The position numbers and the translations under genes are program-made. A stretch of DNA of 64,000 bases from Polyangiaceae bacterium (GTDB lineage: Bacteria; Myxococcota_A; Polyangia; Polyangiales; Polyangiaceae). The DNA is taken from contig JBNKBE010000020.1 in NCBI GenBank assembly GCA_050287085.1, positions 48,949-112,948 of the forward strand. Direction: 5' to 3'. This document shows positions 1 to 10,257 of the stretch, in pieces. The notes beneath the pieces are model-generated. The model saw only the letters and a program-made list of their open reading frames with translations, did not search any database and was not told where the DNA came from. Positions within the stretch are counted from its first letter, which is position 1; each line of letters starts with the position of its first letter.

Positions 1-105
1 TCAGTGGCTACGCCCACATCGAGCGCTACGCAAACGAACTCGCGCAATCGCTCATCGGACTTTGAGGCCCCACTTTCATCGGCTCTTGCTGAAGACAGGA
101 AAAGC

Positions 106-1479
106 ATGGACTTTCACCGCCCTACGCGCGTACTCGCCCTCGCCGCATCCCTGTTTGGCTCGATGGTGGCGCCTGCTCTCGCAGACGTAGTCGACGAACT
201 TGAGCCGGGCCAGTGGTTGGAACTCCCCGGCACCCAACTCAATTCGGTCGCCCCGGCACCGCCACCGCCGGGCGTCCAAAGCGCAGCCGAGGGCGTTTTT
301 GCCTACAGTGGAGCAGCGTGGGATGACGCACGTGAGCGCCTGCTGATCTGGGGCGGAGGCCACAGCGACTACGCCGGAAACGAAGTGTACGCTTTCGATA
401 TGGCCACCCTGAGCTGGACCCGCACCTGGGGCCCTACGCCGAACTCCGACATCCCAGCTTGCGACAGCGGGTGCGAAAGCTACGACGACAACAATCCCGC
501 GTCGCGACACACGTACGACGCACTCGTATACGTAGGTCTCTCAGCCTCAACCCCAATCGATGCGCTCTATTCGCTGGGAGGCTCACGCTATCAAAACGGC
601 AATGGTAGTTCACAGGTCTGGCGCTTCGACTTTGGCGCCCTGTCCTGGCACAACCTCGGTGAGTATCCCGGCTCGGACATGCTCGGCAACAACGCGGTCT
701 TCGATCCGGTGAGCGGGCAGGTCATCCTGCGCAACAACACGCATATCGTACAATACGATCCAGTCGCCGACTCTTGGACGGTGCGCTACACGCAGGACGG
801 GATGTTTTGGGCGGGCGCTACGACAGCCGCACTCGATCCAGAACGCAACCTCATCGTCTTTGTCGGCGGCATCGCAGGGGTCTCCACCTTCGATCTTGTA
901 ACGGGCGAATACGCGGTACGTCCTACACGTGGCGGCGATTCGTTTGTTCATGGGGTGGCGCCAGGCTTCGCCTATGACAGCGCCACTCGCAAGATGGTGG
1001 CATGGCACGGCGGCAGCGACGTCTACAGTCTCGACCTAGACACCTGGACCTGGGCCCAGCACTCGGCGAGCAGCGCGACCGTGCCAACAGCTCCAGCAGA
1101 ACCTGGCACCTTCGGGCGCTTTCGTTACGCACCCTCCCGCAACGTGTTTGTACTGGTCAACGCCGCCGATGAGAATGTGTTCGTCTATCGCCTCTCGGCG
1201 GGTGAAGGCATCGAAGCGAAACCAGGGTTCTCGCTCGACGGGGGCGTCACCAACGTGGGCAAGAGCGGCGACGCGGGCACAACACTCGAAGAGGACACAG
1301 ACCTCGTCCCCGAACAACACGCGCCCGGCGCGGCCGGCTGCAAATGCCACGTGAAACGGTCGTCCCCAGGCGCCGCAGAAGCATTCTTAGTTGGGCTCGC
1401 CCTCATCCTGGTGCAACGACGCCGCGAACGCTCCGTGAATGCGACACCCCGTGCGCCGCAGAACGCGCGGCGCACGTAG
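106..1479 (+). CDS. Secreted beta-propeller (Kelch-like) protein with C-terminal MYXO-CTERM-like sorting tail
   Basis: ATG at 106 after AGGA gives a signal peptide (MDFHRPTRVLALAASLFGSMVAPALA). It has repeated W/YD-rich blades (IWGGGHSDYAGNEVYAFD, SRHTYD). The C-terminus GCKC...FLVGLALILVQRRRER has the Cys motif + TM helix + Arg cluster pattern. Confidence 0.7.
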   Translation: MDFHRPTRVLALAASLFGSMVAPALADVVDELEPGQWLELPGTQLNSVAPAPPPPGVQSAAEGVFAYSGAAWDDARERLLIWGGGHSDYAGNEVYAFDMATLSWTRTWGPTPNSDIPACDSGCESYDDNNPASRHTYDALVYVGLSASTPIDALYSLGGSRYQNGNGSSQVWRFDFGALSWHNLGEYPGSDMLGNNAVFDPVSGQVILRNNTHIVQYDPVADSWTVRYTQDGMFWAGATTAALDPERNLIVFVGGIAGVSTFDLVTGEYAVRPTRGGDSFVHGVAPGFAYDSATRKMVAWHGGSDVYSLDLDTWTWAQHSASSATVPTAPAEPGTFGRFRYAPSRNVFVLVNAADENVFVYRLSAGEGIEAKPGFSLDGGVTNVGKSGDAGTTLEEDTDLVPEQHAPGAAGCKCHVKRSSPGAAEAFLVGLALILVQRRRERSVNATPRAPQNARRT

Positions 1480-1647
1480 CGCTCGCTTCATGCTCGCCCT
1501 CAGCAGCTCGCTGCGATAGCCGTCCATAGCTAAACACACCGCCGCAGCGGCCGCACGTTCCCACATGGTAGCGTGCAGCGTCGGCACACCCGCCCCTCGC
1601 CGTTCGACCTGAGCGGCCGAATTCCATTCGCAATCGGTCGCACCGTG

Positions 1648-1676
1648 CTGGAAAATCGCGGACGTCGACCTATACT
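1648..1676 (+). promoter_or_regulatory. Possible sigma70-type promoter for the yqiJ-flotillin-ATPase operon
   Basis: TATACT at 1671-1676, 17 bp after a weak -35 CTGGAA. A GGGAG RBS-like sequence precedes ATG 1706. Confidence 0.3.
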
Positions 1677-1705
1677 GCTCATCTTCACGAGGGAGCAGGT
1701 AAGCA

Positions 1706-2440
1706 ATGAACGAGCTGTTGGCGACCAGTCTGGCATTTCCAACGGTTGTCTACAGCGTGGCCCTCGGCGTGTGTCTGCTGTACTGGGCGCTGGTATTCTT
1801 GGGCGCGTTGGGTGTCGACTTGACCGGCGACGGGGACGCCGATGTCGACGCCACAGATAGCACAGGATCGGCCCCGGCGGTTATGGGGCTCATTGGATTG
1901 AGTCACTTGGGCCAAGTCCCCATCACGGTGGCCTTCAGCCTGGTCTCCCTCTTCGGCTGGTTCGTCAGTGGCTTGCTAAGCCGTAGAGAGGCTCTACTCG
2001 GGGCGTTTGTCTCCGAATCCGTCCTACACATCCTTGTACTGTTGGTAGCCTTGCTCGTAGCCATACGCATTGCGGGGTGGGCCGCCCTTCCACTGGCTCC
2101 GCTGTTTGACGCCCACCACGCACCGTCGCGGCATAGCTTGGTTGGGCGTGTGGTCGAGGTCTCAACGGGCGAGGTCAATCGCCGCTTCGGTCAGGCACGC
2201 CTGGAGGACGGCGGCGCTGGACTGGTTCTGCAGGTCCGTTGTGACCCGAGTCGCGAACTACGGCGCGGTCAACAGGCGCTCATCATCGAACACAACGATG
2301 CGCTCGAATTCTACGAGGTCGAACCGATGGACGCACTGCTGCATGCAACCTCCAATGACCACCACCTCCCGAGTCTTTCAGCCCCCGAATCAACGGGGTT
2401 CAAACCAGGAAAGGCTACAACCCCAAATGAAGATACGTAG
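1706..2440 (+). CDS. yqiJ: YqiJ/NfeD-like membrane protein with C-terminal OB fold (flotillin partner)
   Basis: Pattern FPTVVYSVALGVCLLYW, acidic linker, LGQVPITV, three TM segments, then LVGRVVEVSTGEV..FGQARLEDGGAGLVLQVR. Located directly upstream of a flotillin. Confidence 0.8.
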   Translation: MNELLATSLAFPTVVYSVALGVCLLYWALVFLGALGVDLTGDGDADVDATDSTGSAPAVMGLIGLSHLGQVPITVAFSLVSLFGWFVSGLLSRREALLGAFVSESVLHILVLLVALLVAIRIAGWAALPLAPLFDAHHAPSRHSLVGRVVEVSTGEVNRRFGQARLEDGGAGLVLQVRCDPSRELRRGQQALIIEHNDALEFYEVEPMDALLHATSNDHHLPSLSAPESTGFKPGKATTPNEDT

Positions 2441-2569
2441 CCTGAGACGATAGGTGACTGAAGCGGAGTTCAAGACCCCGAGGCAGCTGTTGCGTGCAAA
2501 GAAGGACACGCAAGACGCGGAATGCCGGTGAGCAATGACCACCGGTCATCGCAGAAAGTAGTACGGATC

Positions 2570-4774
2570 ATGAGTGAAATAATGCAGGTGGACCTGCTCG
2601 GACTGGGAATCGCAGTAGGACTCATCTTCATCATCCTGGTCGGGTTGTTGACCCTGGTTGCGCGCTTCTATCGCAAGGTGGACCAAGGGCGAGCCCTCAT
2701 CGTGAACACGATGCGGCAGGAGCCGATTGTGACCTTCACTGGGCGCACGGTATTTCCGATTATTCACCGTGCTGAAGAGATGGATATTTCGGTCAAGACG
2801 ATCGAGATCGATCGTCGCGGAAAAGATGGCCTTATCTGCAAGGACAACATCCGAGCTGACATAAAGGTTACCTTCTTTGTCCGCGTCAACAAGACGACGG
2901 AAGATGTCATGAAGGTCGCGCAAGCCATTGGGTGCGCACGCGCCTCGGACCAAGACACATTGGAGACCATTTTCGTTGCGAAGTTCTCCGAAGGCCTGAA
3001 GACGGTAGGTAAGCGGCTTGAGTTCGAAGAACTCTATTCTAAGCGCGACGAATTTCGCGACGCGATCATTGATGTGATCGGCAAAGACCTCAATGGGTTC
3101 ATTCTCGACGACGCCGCGATCGACTATCTGGAACAGACGTCTCTTGCCGCGCTAGACCCGAGCAACATCCTGGACGCCCAGGGTATTCGCAAGATCACCG
3201 AGCTGACGGCAGCGCAGAACGTGCGCACCAACGATCTCAAACAGGAAGAGCGGAAGGCAATCCGCAAGAAGGACGTCGAGGCGGAGGAAGCGATCTTGGA
3301 ACTGGACCGCCAAGCCGCAGACGCAGCAGCCAAGCAGCAACGAGAGATCGCTGTCATTGTGGCGCGTGAAGCGGCGGAGACCCTCCGGGTGCAAGCTGAG
3401 GAACGCAAGAAGGCCGAGCTCGCGCGCCTCAAACAGGAAGAGGACGTCCAGGTTCAAGAACAAAGCAAGTTGCGGCAAATCGAAATCGCCCAGAAAGGGA
3501 GAGAGAGAGTTGTCGCGGTGGAGAATGAGCGAGTGGAGAAAGACCGCGCGCTCGAAGCCATTGCTCGGGAACGTGAAGTCGAACTGCAGCGCATCGACAA
3601 GGAAAAGGCGCTCGAGGTTGAGCGCAAGGCGATCGCCGAGGTCGTCGCGGGTCGCGTCAGCGTCGAGAAAGGCGTGGCTGAAGAAGAAGAACGCATCAAG
3701 GACGTACGGGTGGTCGCAGACGCCAAACGCAAGAAAGAAGCAAAGGTGATCGGCGCCGAGGCAGAGGCGCAAGAGAAGCTCGTTGTTCAGATAAAGTCTG
3801 CTGAAGCCTCGGAGCAGGTCGCTCGCCACAAGGCCAAAGAGGAGTTGGTCATCGCCGAGGCGAAACTTGAGGCATCCGATCGCCTGGCCCGTGCAAAGAT
3901 CCGTGAAGCAGACGGCGCACAAGCCGAGTATGCAGCTCAAGGACTCGCCGCGGCCAAGGTCAAGGAGGCCGATGCCCTGGCTGTTGAAAAGCTTGGCTCA
4001 GCAGAGGCCCGCATCGCGCTGGAAAAGGCTCAAGCCGAAGCCAAGGGAGAAGAAGAAACCGGCATGGCGCGCATTCGCGTACGCGAAGCCGAGGCCCATG
4101 CGATCGAGCGACAAGGGGCTGCGGAAGCCACCGCCACCAAGGACATGCTGGTCGCCCAGGCCGCAGGCGAGGAGTCCAAGGGACTGGCCGCGGCCAAGAT
4201 CAAAGAAGCGGACGCCGCAGCGACAGAAAAGCTCGCCGTTGCCGAGGCAGCAGGCATCAAGGAGCGTATGAGCGCGGAGGCCTCCGGCCTAAGCGAGAAA
4301 GCAAAGGCGCTCCAGGCACTGTCCGGCGAAGCGCGTGCCCACGAGGAATACCGACTGCAGCTCGAGCAGCAATTGCAGCTGGAAAAGGAGCGCCTCGCTG
4401 CGCGACGTGACATTGCATCCGACCAGGCCCAAGTGATGGCCACCGCGATGGGCCAAGCCAAGATCAATATCGTGGGCGGTGACGGCTCGTTTCTCAATCA
4501 ATTCTTCAAAGCGGTAAGCCTGGGACAAGCGGTCGATGGTGCCGTCGGCAGTAGCGAACTGCTGACATCCGCGACGGACGACTACAAGAGCGGCGCAGCT
4601 AGCCTCCGGCAGGACGTCAAAGACGTTCTGAGCGGAGCTGCGCTCAACTCGGAGAGCCTGAAGAACCTATCTATCGTAGCCGCTCTCAACCACGTGATGC
4701 AGGCGTCTGGCCCTGAGCAGCAGTCGAAGCTGACTCAGCTTATCGAGCACGCCCGAAGCTTGGGGCTGAAGTAG
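2570..4774 (+). CDS. yqiK: SPFH/flotillin-family membrane protein (YqiK-like)
   Basis: N-terminal TM helix, SPFH core (YRKVDQGRALI, GLICKDNIRADIKVTFFVRVN, LDDAAIDYLEQT) and long AEA/EKE coiled-coil repeats. Start could be 2522, 2570 or 2582. Confidence 0.9.
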   Translation: MSEIMQVDLLGLGIAVGLIFIILVGLLTLVARFYRKVDQGRALIVNTMRQEPIVTFTGRTVFPIIHRAEEMDISVKTIEIDRRGKDGLICKDNIRADIKVTFFVRVNKTTEDVMKVAQAIGCARASDQDTLETIFVAKFSEGLKTVGKRLEFEELYSKRDEFRDAIIDVIGKDLNGFILDDAAIDYLEQTSLAALDPSNILDAQGIRKITELTAAQNVRTNDLKQEERKAIRKKDVEAEEAILELDRQAADAAAKQQREIAVIVAREAAETLRVQAEERKKAELARLKQEEDVQVQEQSKLRQIEIAQKGRERVVAVENERVEKDRALEAIAREREVELQRIDKEKALEVERKAIAEVVAGRVSVEKGVAEEEERIKDVRVVADAKRKKEAKVIGAEAEAQEKLVVQIKSAEASEQVARHKAKEELVIAEAKLEASDRLARAKIREADGAQAEYAAQGLAAAKVKEADALAVEKLGSAEARIALEKAQAEAKGEEETGMARIRVREAEAHAIERQGAAEATATKDMLVAQAAGEESKGLAAAKIKEADAAATEKLAVAEAAGIKERMSAEASGLSEKAKALQALSGEARAHEEYRLQLEQQLQLEKERLAARRDIASDQAQVMATAMGQAKINIVGGDGSFLNQFFKAVSLGQAVDGAVGSSELLTSATDDYKSGAASLRQDVKDVLSGAALNSESLKNLSIVAALNHVMQASGPEQQSKLTQLIEHARSLGLK

Positions 4775-4785
4775 CAGTAGGCCCG

Positions 4786-7700
4786 ATGTCTGCAGAACTA
4801 GACGCCTCTGAGCGCAGCGGTGGCAGCTACGAGGTCATCCGTGCCCGTTTGCTCAAGCACGCCGCTGTGCTCCGCGAACGCGCACAGAAGCTCAACACGG
4901 AGCGCAGTGAACGGTTCGGCGGTCAGGAGCTACGCGCGGTAAAAAACCTGCGCGTGCGCACCGAGAACAACTGCATTCCGTGCGACATCGCCCAAGTCCA
5001 AGGGCATCTGCTCTTTGGCTTCAATGTGTTCATGGGACTTAAGCCGGAAACGACAGTGCCGGACGTCCTCACCCTGCACCATCTGGCAACAAGTGCCGAA
5101 GAAGTCGAACTTTCGCGCCTTTCCTCCGACTCCCCGAGCGCCGCGTTTTTGTCGGAGGGCGCGTTCGTCAATGAGTTCACGGAGCTGTATCGCTTCTACA
5201 AGGAAACGCGGCTCGCGCAGCTGGTACGACAAGAGAACAAGCTGCTAGCCATCTTCCGAATTGGACAGCGAGCTGAGGACAAGCGCGTCTTTCGCTGGGC
5301 CCTAGGTAGCGACGGCGCAGCTACATACATCGACAATCGCGGTGAACGCGACCATCTGCCCCCGCCCCAGCACGACTTCGAATGGACCCTGGCCACTCGC
5401 AACGACCAGGTTTCCGGACGACATCCCCATGTGTCGATTCTAGGTGAAGTCTTCGTGGAGACGGTGGGGGGAGATCTCACCATCAAGGTAGAAAACAACA
5501 CGGAAAGCGGCGAAGGCATCCTTTCGGAGCCCGTGGCGGAGCCGCGTCAAACCCTGGACGACGCAGAATACTCCTACGCCCGGCTGGGCGCTCTCATATT
5601 GCTGCGGATCCTTCCGTACAACGAGCAAAACCACCGCTACTTCGTCTTCGACATCCGTACGCGCAGGGTCGCTCGCATCGATGCTATCGGGCTGTCCTGT
5701 GTCCAACTACCGGAAGACCACGGCATCATCTTCCCTGGTGGCCATTTCCTTCCGGGCGGCGAAAGCAAAGTTTTCGACGGCGACTTTTCTGGGTTCACGT
5801 TCGAGCGCACGGTGCGTTCACCGAATGGCGAAGATGTACTCTACGTCTTTCATCGAGTTGTGGACGGCGCGTACCGGCTTCTGTCTTACAATCTGATCCG
5901 AAAAGAACTGCAGACCCCGCTCTTGTGCCACGGCTACTCCCTCTTTGAGGACGGCGCTATGGTCGTATTCAAGGCTGGTGACGAGCCCACCCGGGTGCAT
6001 GTGTTGCAGCTCTGGAGCACCCCATTCGTGTCTGCCGAGCATGCGGCAAAGCAGCCCGAGGACCACAGCCCTCTCGGCCGCATCGGCAACGCGGAGCTCG
6101 TGCGTGGCATCTCCGACGTGCTGACGATAGTGCGGGATTCGGAGGCAGCGAGCACGCGCCAAGGCTTCGAAGATCTCGTCGCCGGCTGCGTGCGAGCCCT
6201 GGACGGCTACTATTGGCTGGGGCAGGAAGAGGTCTTCAATCTTGCAGCCGAAGTCAAGGCCGTTCGCGAAAGCGCTGAACGGGTCTTGGACGAGTTTGAC
6301 AAGGTGGTCGAAGCGCGTCGCATAGCGAGCGAAGCCCTGGCACAAGCAAAGTCAGCTCAGGAAGCGTTGATAGCGTCACTTCGCTTGGACAGCTTCACAG
6401 GGGTGGCGCAGTTTATGAGTGCCCTTGCGGACCTTCGCCGCCAGCGTGGTCACCTCATCTCCCTCAAGGAAACGCGCTACATCGACCTCGAAGCGCTCTC
6501 GAAGCTCGAGCGACAGGTAGTCCATGCCTTCGAAGCGACCGGTAGCGCGACGGCTCAGTTTCTGCTCCGTCCGGACGCTCTAGCACCCGTCGTGTCGAAC
6601 TTGGAGGATATTCTCCAGCAGATCGAAACGGCGCAGAAGACACCCGTGCTGGTGCAGCAGTCCACACGACTCGAACGCGTCAGCGAGGGACTCAATGTGC
6701 TTTCCGACGTGGTTGCCAGCCTCCAAACGGATGACCCAACGGACCGTACACGGATCCTGCAGCATGTAAGCGAGGTGTTTGCTCATCTCAACCGGGTGCG
6801 TGCCACCGAGACAGCCCGCCGCAAAGAACTCATCACCGTGGAGGGCCAGGCCGAGTTCGGAGCCCAGTTCGCCCTGTTCGCACAAACGCTTGCAAGTGCA
6901 CTGACTGCCGCCACCACCGTGTCCAGCTGCGACGACCAGCTGTCGCGATTGCTTGTGCAATTGGAAGAGCTCGAGGCCCGATTCTCCGAGTTTGACGACT
7001 TCGTGGTGCAACTGGCCGTGAAACGCGACGAGGTCTATGAGACCTTCACCCAGCGCCGCCAGTCGCTGCTCGACCGACAGCAGGCGCGCGGGCGGAGCCT
7101 CGAACAAGCCGCCGCTCGCATCGTCCAGAGCATCGCGAGACGCGCCGATTCGTTCAAGAATGCCAGTGACCTCAATGCCTATTTCGCCAGCGACGCGATG
7201 GTGCTCAAAGTTCACCAAATCGCGGAGCAACTCAAGGAGCTGGGCGACGCCACGCGCAGCGACGAGGTGGAATCCAAACTGAAAACAGCGCGTCAGAACG
7301 CGCTCCGGGCCCTGCGCGACAAGAGCGAGCTGTTCGCCGCCGGTGAGAATGTTATTCAGCTGGGAGACCATCTATTCAACATCAACACTCAGGCTCTTGA
7401 GTTGACGCTCTTGCCTGAGGAGAAGCAGCTCGTGTTCTCACTCACGGGTACAGACTTCAGAGAGCCCGTCACGGACGCACGACTGACGGGTAGCGAGACG
7501 TTTTGGACGCAAAGCCTCGCGTCCGAGAATGCCACCGTTTATCGCGCCGAATACCTGGCCGCGAGCCTGCTATTTGCCGCCGAAGACGGAGCCCAGAAGC
7601 TCTCGCTTCAGGCGCTGCGCGATGCTCTGCGCGAAGAGCGGCTACTAACTCTGGTGCAGGCGTTCGCTGCAGACCGCTACTCCGAGGGCTACGAGCGGGG

Positions 7701-10014
7701 AGTGCACGACACTGACGCTGCCCGGATCCTAGAGCAATTGCTTCCCTTATACGAGGCCTCACCCGCACTCCGCTTCACGTCTGTAGACCGGGCCCTGGCA
7801 GGTGCCTGGTGGTGGCTTCACGGGCAGACCGACTTCGGTCAACGACTGCTGCGGCAAGCGCGAAGTTTCAAGCGCATGCATGAACACTTGGGAGGCCACT
7901 GGGCGGGCACAGAGTTGGAAGCGGAACTGACTTGCGTGCTGCAGAACGACCTCAAGCAGGCGGGGTTCACTTTGCAGGGCGGACTGCAGGGCAACTTGAG
8001 CGACGCCGCCCGCTTCTTGATTGGGCAGCTGGGCAAGGAACGCTTCGAGCTGGACACCGCGCGCGCCGCTGCGGAGCTCGCAACCGGGCTACGACAAGAA
8101 CTGGAACGCCGGAGCGCCCGCCGCGAACTGGAGCAGGAGCTAGCGGCCTTGGAAAAGGCACCAGCCCAGGCGCTCGAGCTCGCGACACATTGGTGCGCGC
8201 AGTTTGCAACGGCACACGCCCCAAGCCAGCGCGAGTTTGCTAGCGAAGCCGGGCTACTCCTCCTTTCTGAACGACAGGTGCCACGCTCCGTGACCAGCGC
8301 GCGCGTGGATACGACGGTCGCCGACCTGCTCGGCTCTCACCCGCGGATCATCGACCGCCAGCTAAACCTCCGATTGGACGAATTTCTAGCACGGCTGGGG
8401 CGCTTCGCGAAGGAGACGGTGCCGGCCTACAACACCTACCGCGCGCTGCGACAAGTGCTGATTGAGGAGAAGCGACACCAGCTGCGCCTGGAAGAGTTCA
8501 AGCCGCGAGTGCTTTCGTCCTTCGTGCGCAACCGGCTGGTGAGCGAGGTCTATCTCCCGCTCATTGGCGCAAACTTCGCCAAACAGCTCGGTGCTGCGGG
8601 CGCCAAGAAGCGCACCGATCTGATGGGGCTACTCCTACTCATCTCGCCCCCCGGCTACGGAAAAACCACTTTGATGGAATACGTGGCAAATAGACTTGGC
8701 CTCGTTTTCGTCAAGGTCAACGGCCCGGCCCTGGGCCATTCGGTCTTGTCGCTGGACCCATCAGAGGCGCCCAACAAGACTGCCCAGCAAGAAGTCGAAA
8801 AGCTGAACTTCGCGCTCGAGCTTGGCAACAATGTAATGCTGTATCTTGACGACATTCAGCACACCAACCCTGAGTTTCTGCAGAAGTTCATTTCGCTATG
8901 CGACGCTCAGCGCCGGATCGAAGGCGTTTGGAAGGGTCGGACGCGCACGTACGACCTGCGTGGCAAGAAGTTCTGCGTCGTCATGGCAGGAAACCCATAC
9001 ACCGAGTCCGGAGAGAAGTTCCAAATCCCCGACATGCTCTCAAACCGCGCAGACACCTACAACTTGGGCGACGTACTGGCAGGAAGGGACGATGTGTTTG
9101 CGCTGAGCTACCTGGAAAATGCCCTCACCTCCAACCCGGTACTCGCACCACTCTCGCTTCGGTCACCGCGCGACGTACACACCTTTCTGCGCATGGCTAG
9201 CGATCCGGTCGGACAAGAGCTCCCCGCTTTGGAACATGCCTATTCGGCAGCAGAGTCAGATGACATCACCCGGACGTTTCGTCTGCTCATGGCCGTGCAG
9301 CGTATCGTATTGCGAATAAACATGGAGTATATCGCCTCCGCGTCCATGGACGATTCGTTCCGAACGGAGCCGGCTTTCAAGCTGCAAGGAAGCTACCGTA
9401 ACATGGCCAAGCTGGCCGAAAAGGTGGCTCCAGCCATGAACGACGCAGAACTGCAGGCGCTGCTCGACGACCACTATACGTCAGAAGCACAAACGCTCAC
9501 AACGGGCGCAGAGCACAACCTGCTGAAGCTGGCGGAGCTACGGGGGCGTCTCACACCGGAGCAGACGCAGCGTTGGGAGGACATCAAGAGAAGCTATCAA
9601 CGCGAGCGTGCACTAGGAGGGCAAGGAGCGGACTCAGCGACGCGTCTGATAGGGCAGTTGGGACAGGTCGGCGAACAGATCGCAGGGATTCGCGAGGTGA
9701 TTGCACTCAGTGGCAAGCGTGAGCAGCCACCCTGGGTGGCCGCGCATATGCAGCGGCTAGAGTCCGCCATCGAGCAGCTGAGGGGCGCGCGCTTCGATAT
9801 CTTGGTCAAGAACGAGCCGCCGCCGGGGATCGGTGAGCTATTAACCCAGCAGGTTGATATCCTCGAGAAGACACTGGTACCCTTTCTGCGCGTCGCAACG
9901 GAGCGACTCGACGATAGTCTCGAGTTGCGCAAGCGTCTGGACACGTTCATCGCGGAGCTGAGAACGGTGGACGGGCTACTGCGCAGGCAATCGGATCTCG
10001 GGCCCAAGACGTGA
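4786..10014 (+). CDS. Large AAA+ ATPase ('DNA repair ATPase', DUF3686-type N-terminus)
   Basis: 1742 aa. N-terminal GGSYEVIRARL..RVRTENNC beta-rich region, central coiled coil, Walker A ISPPGYGKTT, Walker B MLYLDDIQH, and MAGNPYTESG. Confidence 0.85.
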   Translation: MSAELDASERSGGSYEVIRARLLKHAAVLRERAQKLNTERSERFGGQELRAVKNLRVRTENNCIPCDIAQVQGHLLFGFNVFMGLKPETTVPDVLTLHHLATSAEEVELSRLSSDSPSAAFLSEGAFVNEFTELYRFYKETRLAQLVRQENKLLAIFRIGQRAEDKRVFRWALGSDGAATYIDNRGERDHLPPPQHDFEWTLATRNDQVSGRHPHVSILGEVFVETVGGDLTIKVENNTESGEGILSEPVAEPRQTLDDAEYSYARLGALILLRILPYNEQNHRYFVFDIRTRRVARIDAIGLSCVQLPEDHGIIFPGGHFLPGGESKVFDGDFSGFTFERTVRSPNGEDVLYVFHRVVDGAYRLLSYNLIRKELQTPLLCHGYSLFEDGAMVVFKAGDEPTRVHVLQLWSTPFVSAEHAAKQPEDHSPLGRIGNAELVRGISDVLTIVRDSEAASTRQGFEDLVAGCVRALDGYYWLGQEEVFNLAAEVKAVRESAERVLDEFDKVVEARRIASEALAQAKSAQEALIASLRLDSFTGVAQFMSALADLRRQRGHLISLKETRYIDLEALSKLERQVVHAFEATGSATAQFLLRPDALAPVVSNLEDILQQIETAQKTPVLVQQSTRLERVSEGLNVLSDVVASLQTDDPTDRTRILQHVSEVFAHLNRVRATETARRKELITVEGQAEFGAQFALFAQTLASALTAATTVSSCDDQLSRLLVQLEELEARFSEFDDFVVQLAVKRDEVYETFTQRRQSLLDRQQARGRSLEQAAARIVQSIARRADSFKNASDLNAYFASDAMVLKVHQIAEQLKELGDATRSDEVESKLKTARQNALRALRDKSELFAAGENVIQLGDHLFNINTQALELTLLPEEKQLVFSLTGTDFREPVTDARLTGSETFWTQSLASENATVYRAEYLAASLLFAAEDGAQKLSLQALRDALREERLLTLVQAFAADRYSEGYERGVHDTDAARILEQLLPLYEASPALRFTSVDRALAGAWWWLHGQTDFGQRLLRQARSFKRMHEHLGGHWAGTELEAELTCVLQNDLKQAGFTLQGGLQGNLSDAARFLIGQLGKERFELDTARAAAELATGLRQELERRSARRELEQELAALEKAPAQALELATHWCAQFATAHAPSQREFASEAGLLLLSERQVPRSVTSARVDTTVADLLGSHPRIIDRQLNLRLDEFLARLGRFAKETVPAYNTYRALRQVLIEEKRHQLRLEEFKPRVLSSFVRNRLVSEVYLPLIGANFAKQLGAAGAKKRTDLMGLLLLISPPGYGKTTLMEYVANRLGLVFVKVNGPALGHSVLSLDPSEAPNKTAQQEVEKLNFALELGNNVMLYLDDIQHTNPEFLQKFISLCDAQRRIEGVWKGRTRTYDLRGKKFCVVMAGNPYTESGEKFQIPDMLSNRADTYNLGDVLAGRDDVFALSYLENALTSNPVLAPLSLRSPRDVHTFLRMASDPVGQELPALEHAYSAAESDDITRTFRLLMAVQRIVLRINMEYIASASMDDSFRTEPAFKLQGSYRNMAKLAEKVAPAMNDAELQALLDDHYTSEAQTLTTGAEHNLLKLAELRGRLTPEQTQRWEDIKRSYQRERALGGQGADSATRLIGQLGQVGEQIAGIREVIALSGKREQPPWVAAHMQRLESAIEQLRGARFDILVKNEPPPGIGELLTQQVDILEKTLVPFLRVATERLDDSLELRKRLDTFIAELRTVDGLLRRQSDLGPKT

Positions 10015-10223
10015 CCCACCTCGAGACGCGCACAGACATAACCTGTCCGGCCTGCGGTCATTCCGAGACCGAAGATATGCCCCTTGAGTATTGCCTGGTG
10101 CGCTACACCTGCGCGCACTGTGGGGAGCTGCTGCGCCCGCTCGCGGGCGACTGCTGTGTCTTCTGCTCCTACGCCAACAGGCCGTGTCCACCGATACAAC
10201 TATCAGGCAAGACCTGCTGCTGA
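10011..10223 (+). CDS. GDCCVxC-domain small Cys-rich (metal-binding) protein
   Basis: ITCPACGH..MP..C..Y.C..CG..L.P..GDCCVFCSY..CPP signature. The start overlaps the ATPase stop (GTGA). Confidence 0.85.
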   Translation: MTHLETRTDITCPACGHSETEDMPLEYCLVRYTCAHCGELLRPLAGDCCVFCSYANRPCPPIQLSGKTCC

Positions 10224-10257
10224 ACCATATGATGCCCGTTGGCTCTTGGCGAATTTC

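Noticed and set aside
3152..3940. Long antisense ORFs (also 6580-7371, 21586-22434, 28931-29833, 56484-57236)
   Set aside because: Shadow frames of well-supported genes in high-GC DNA, with no motifs.
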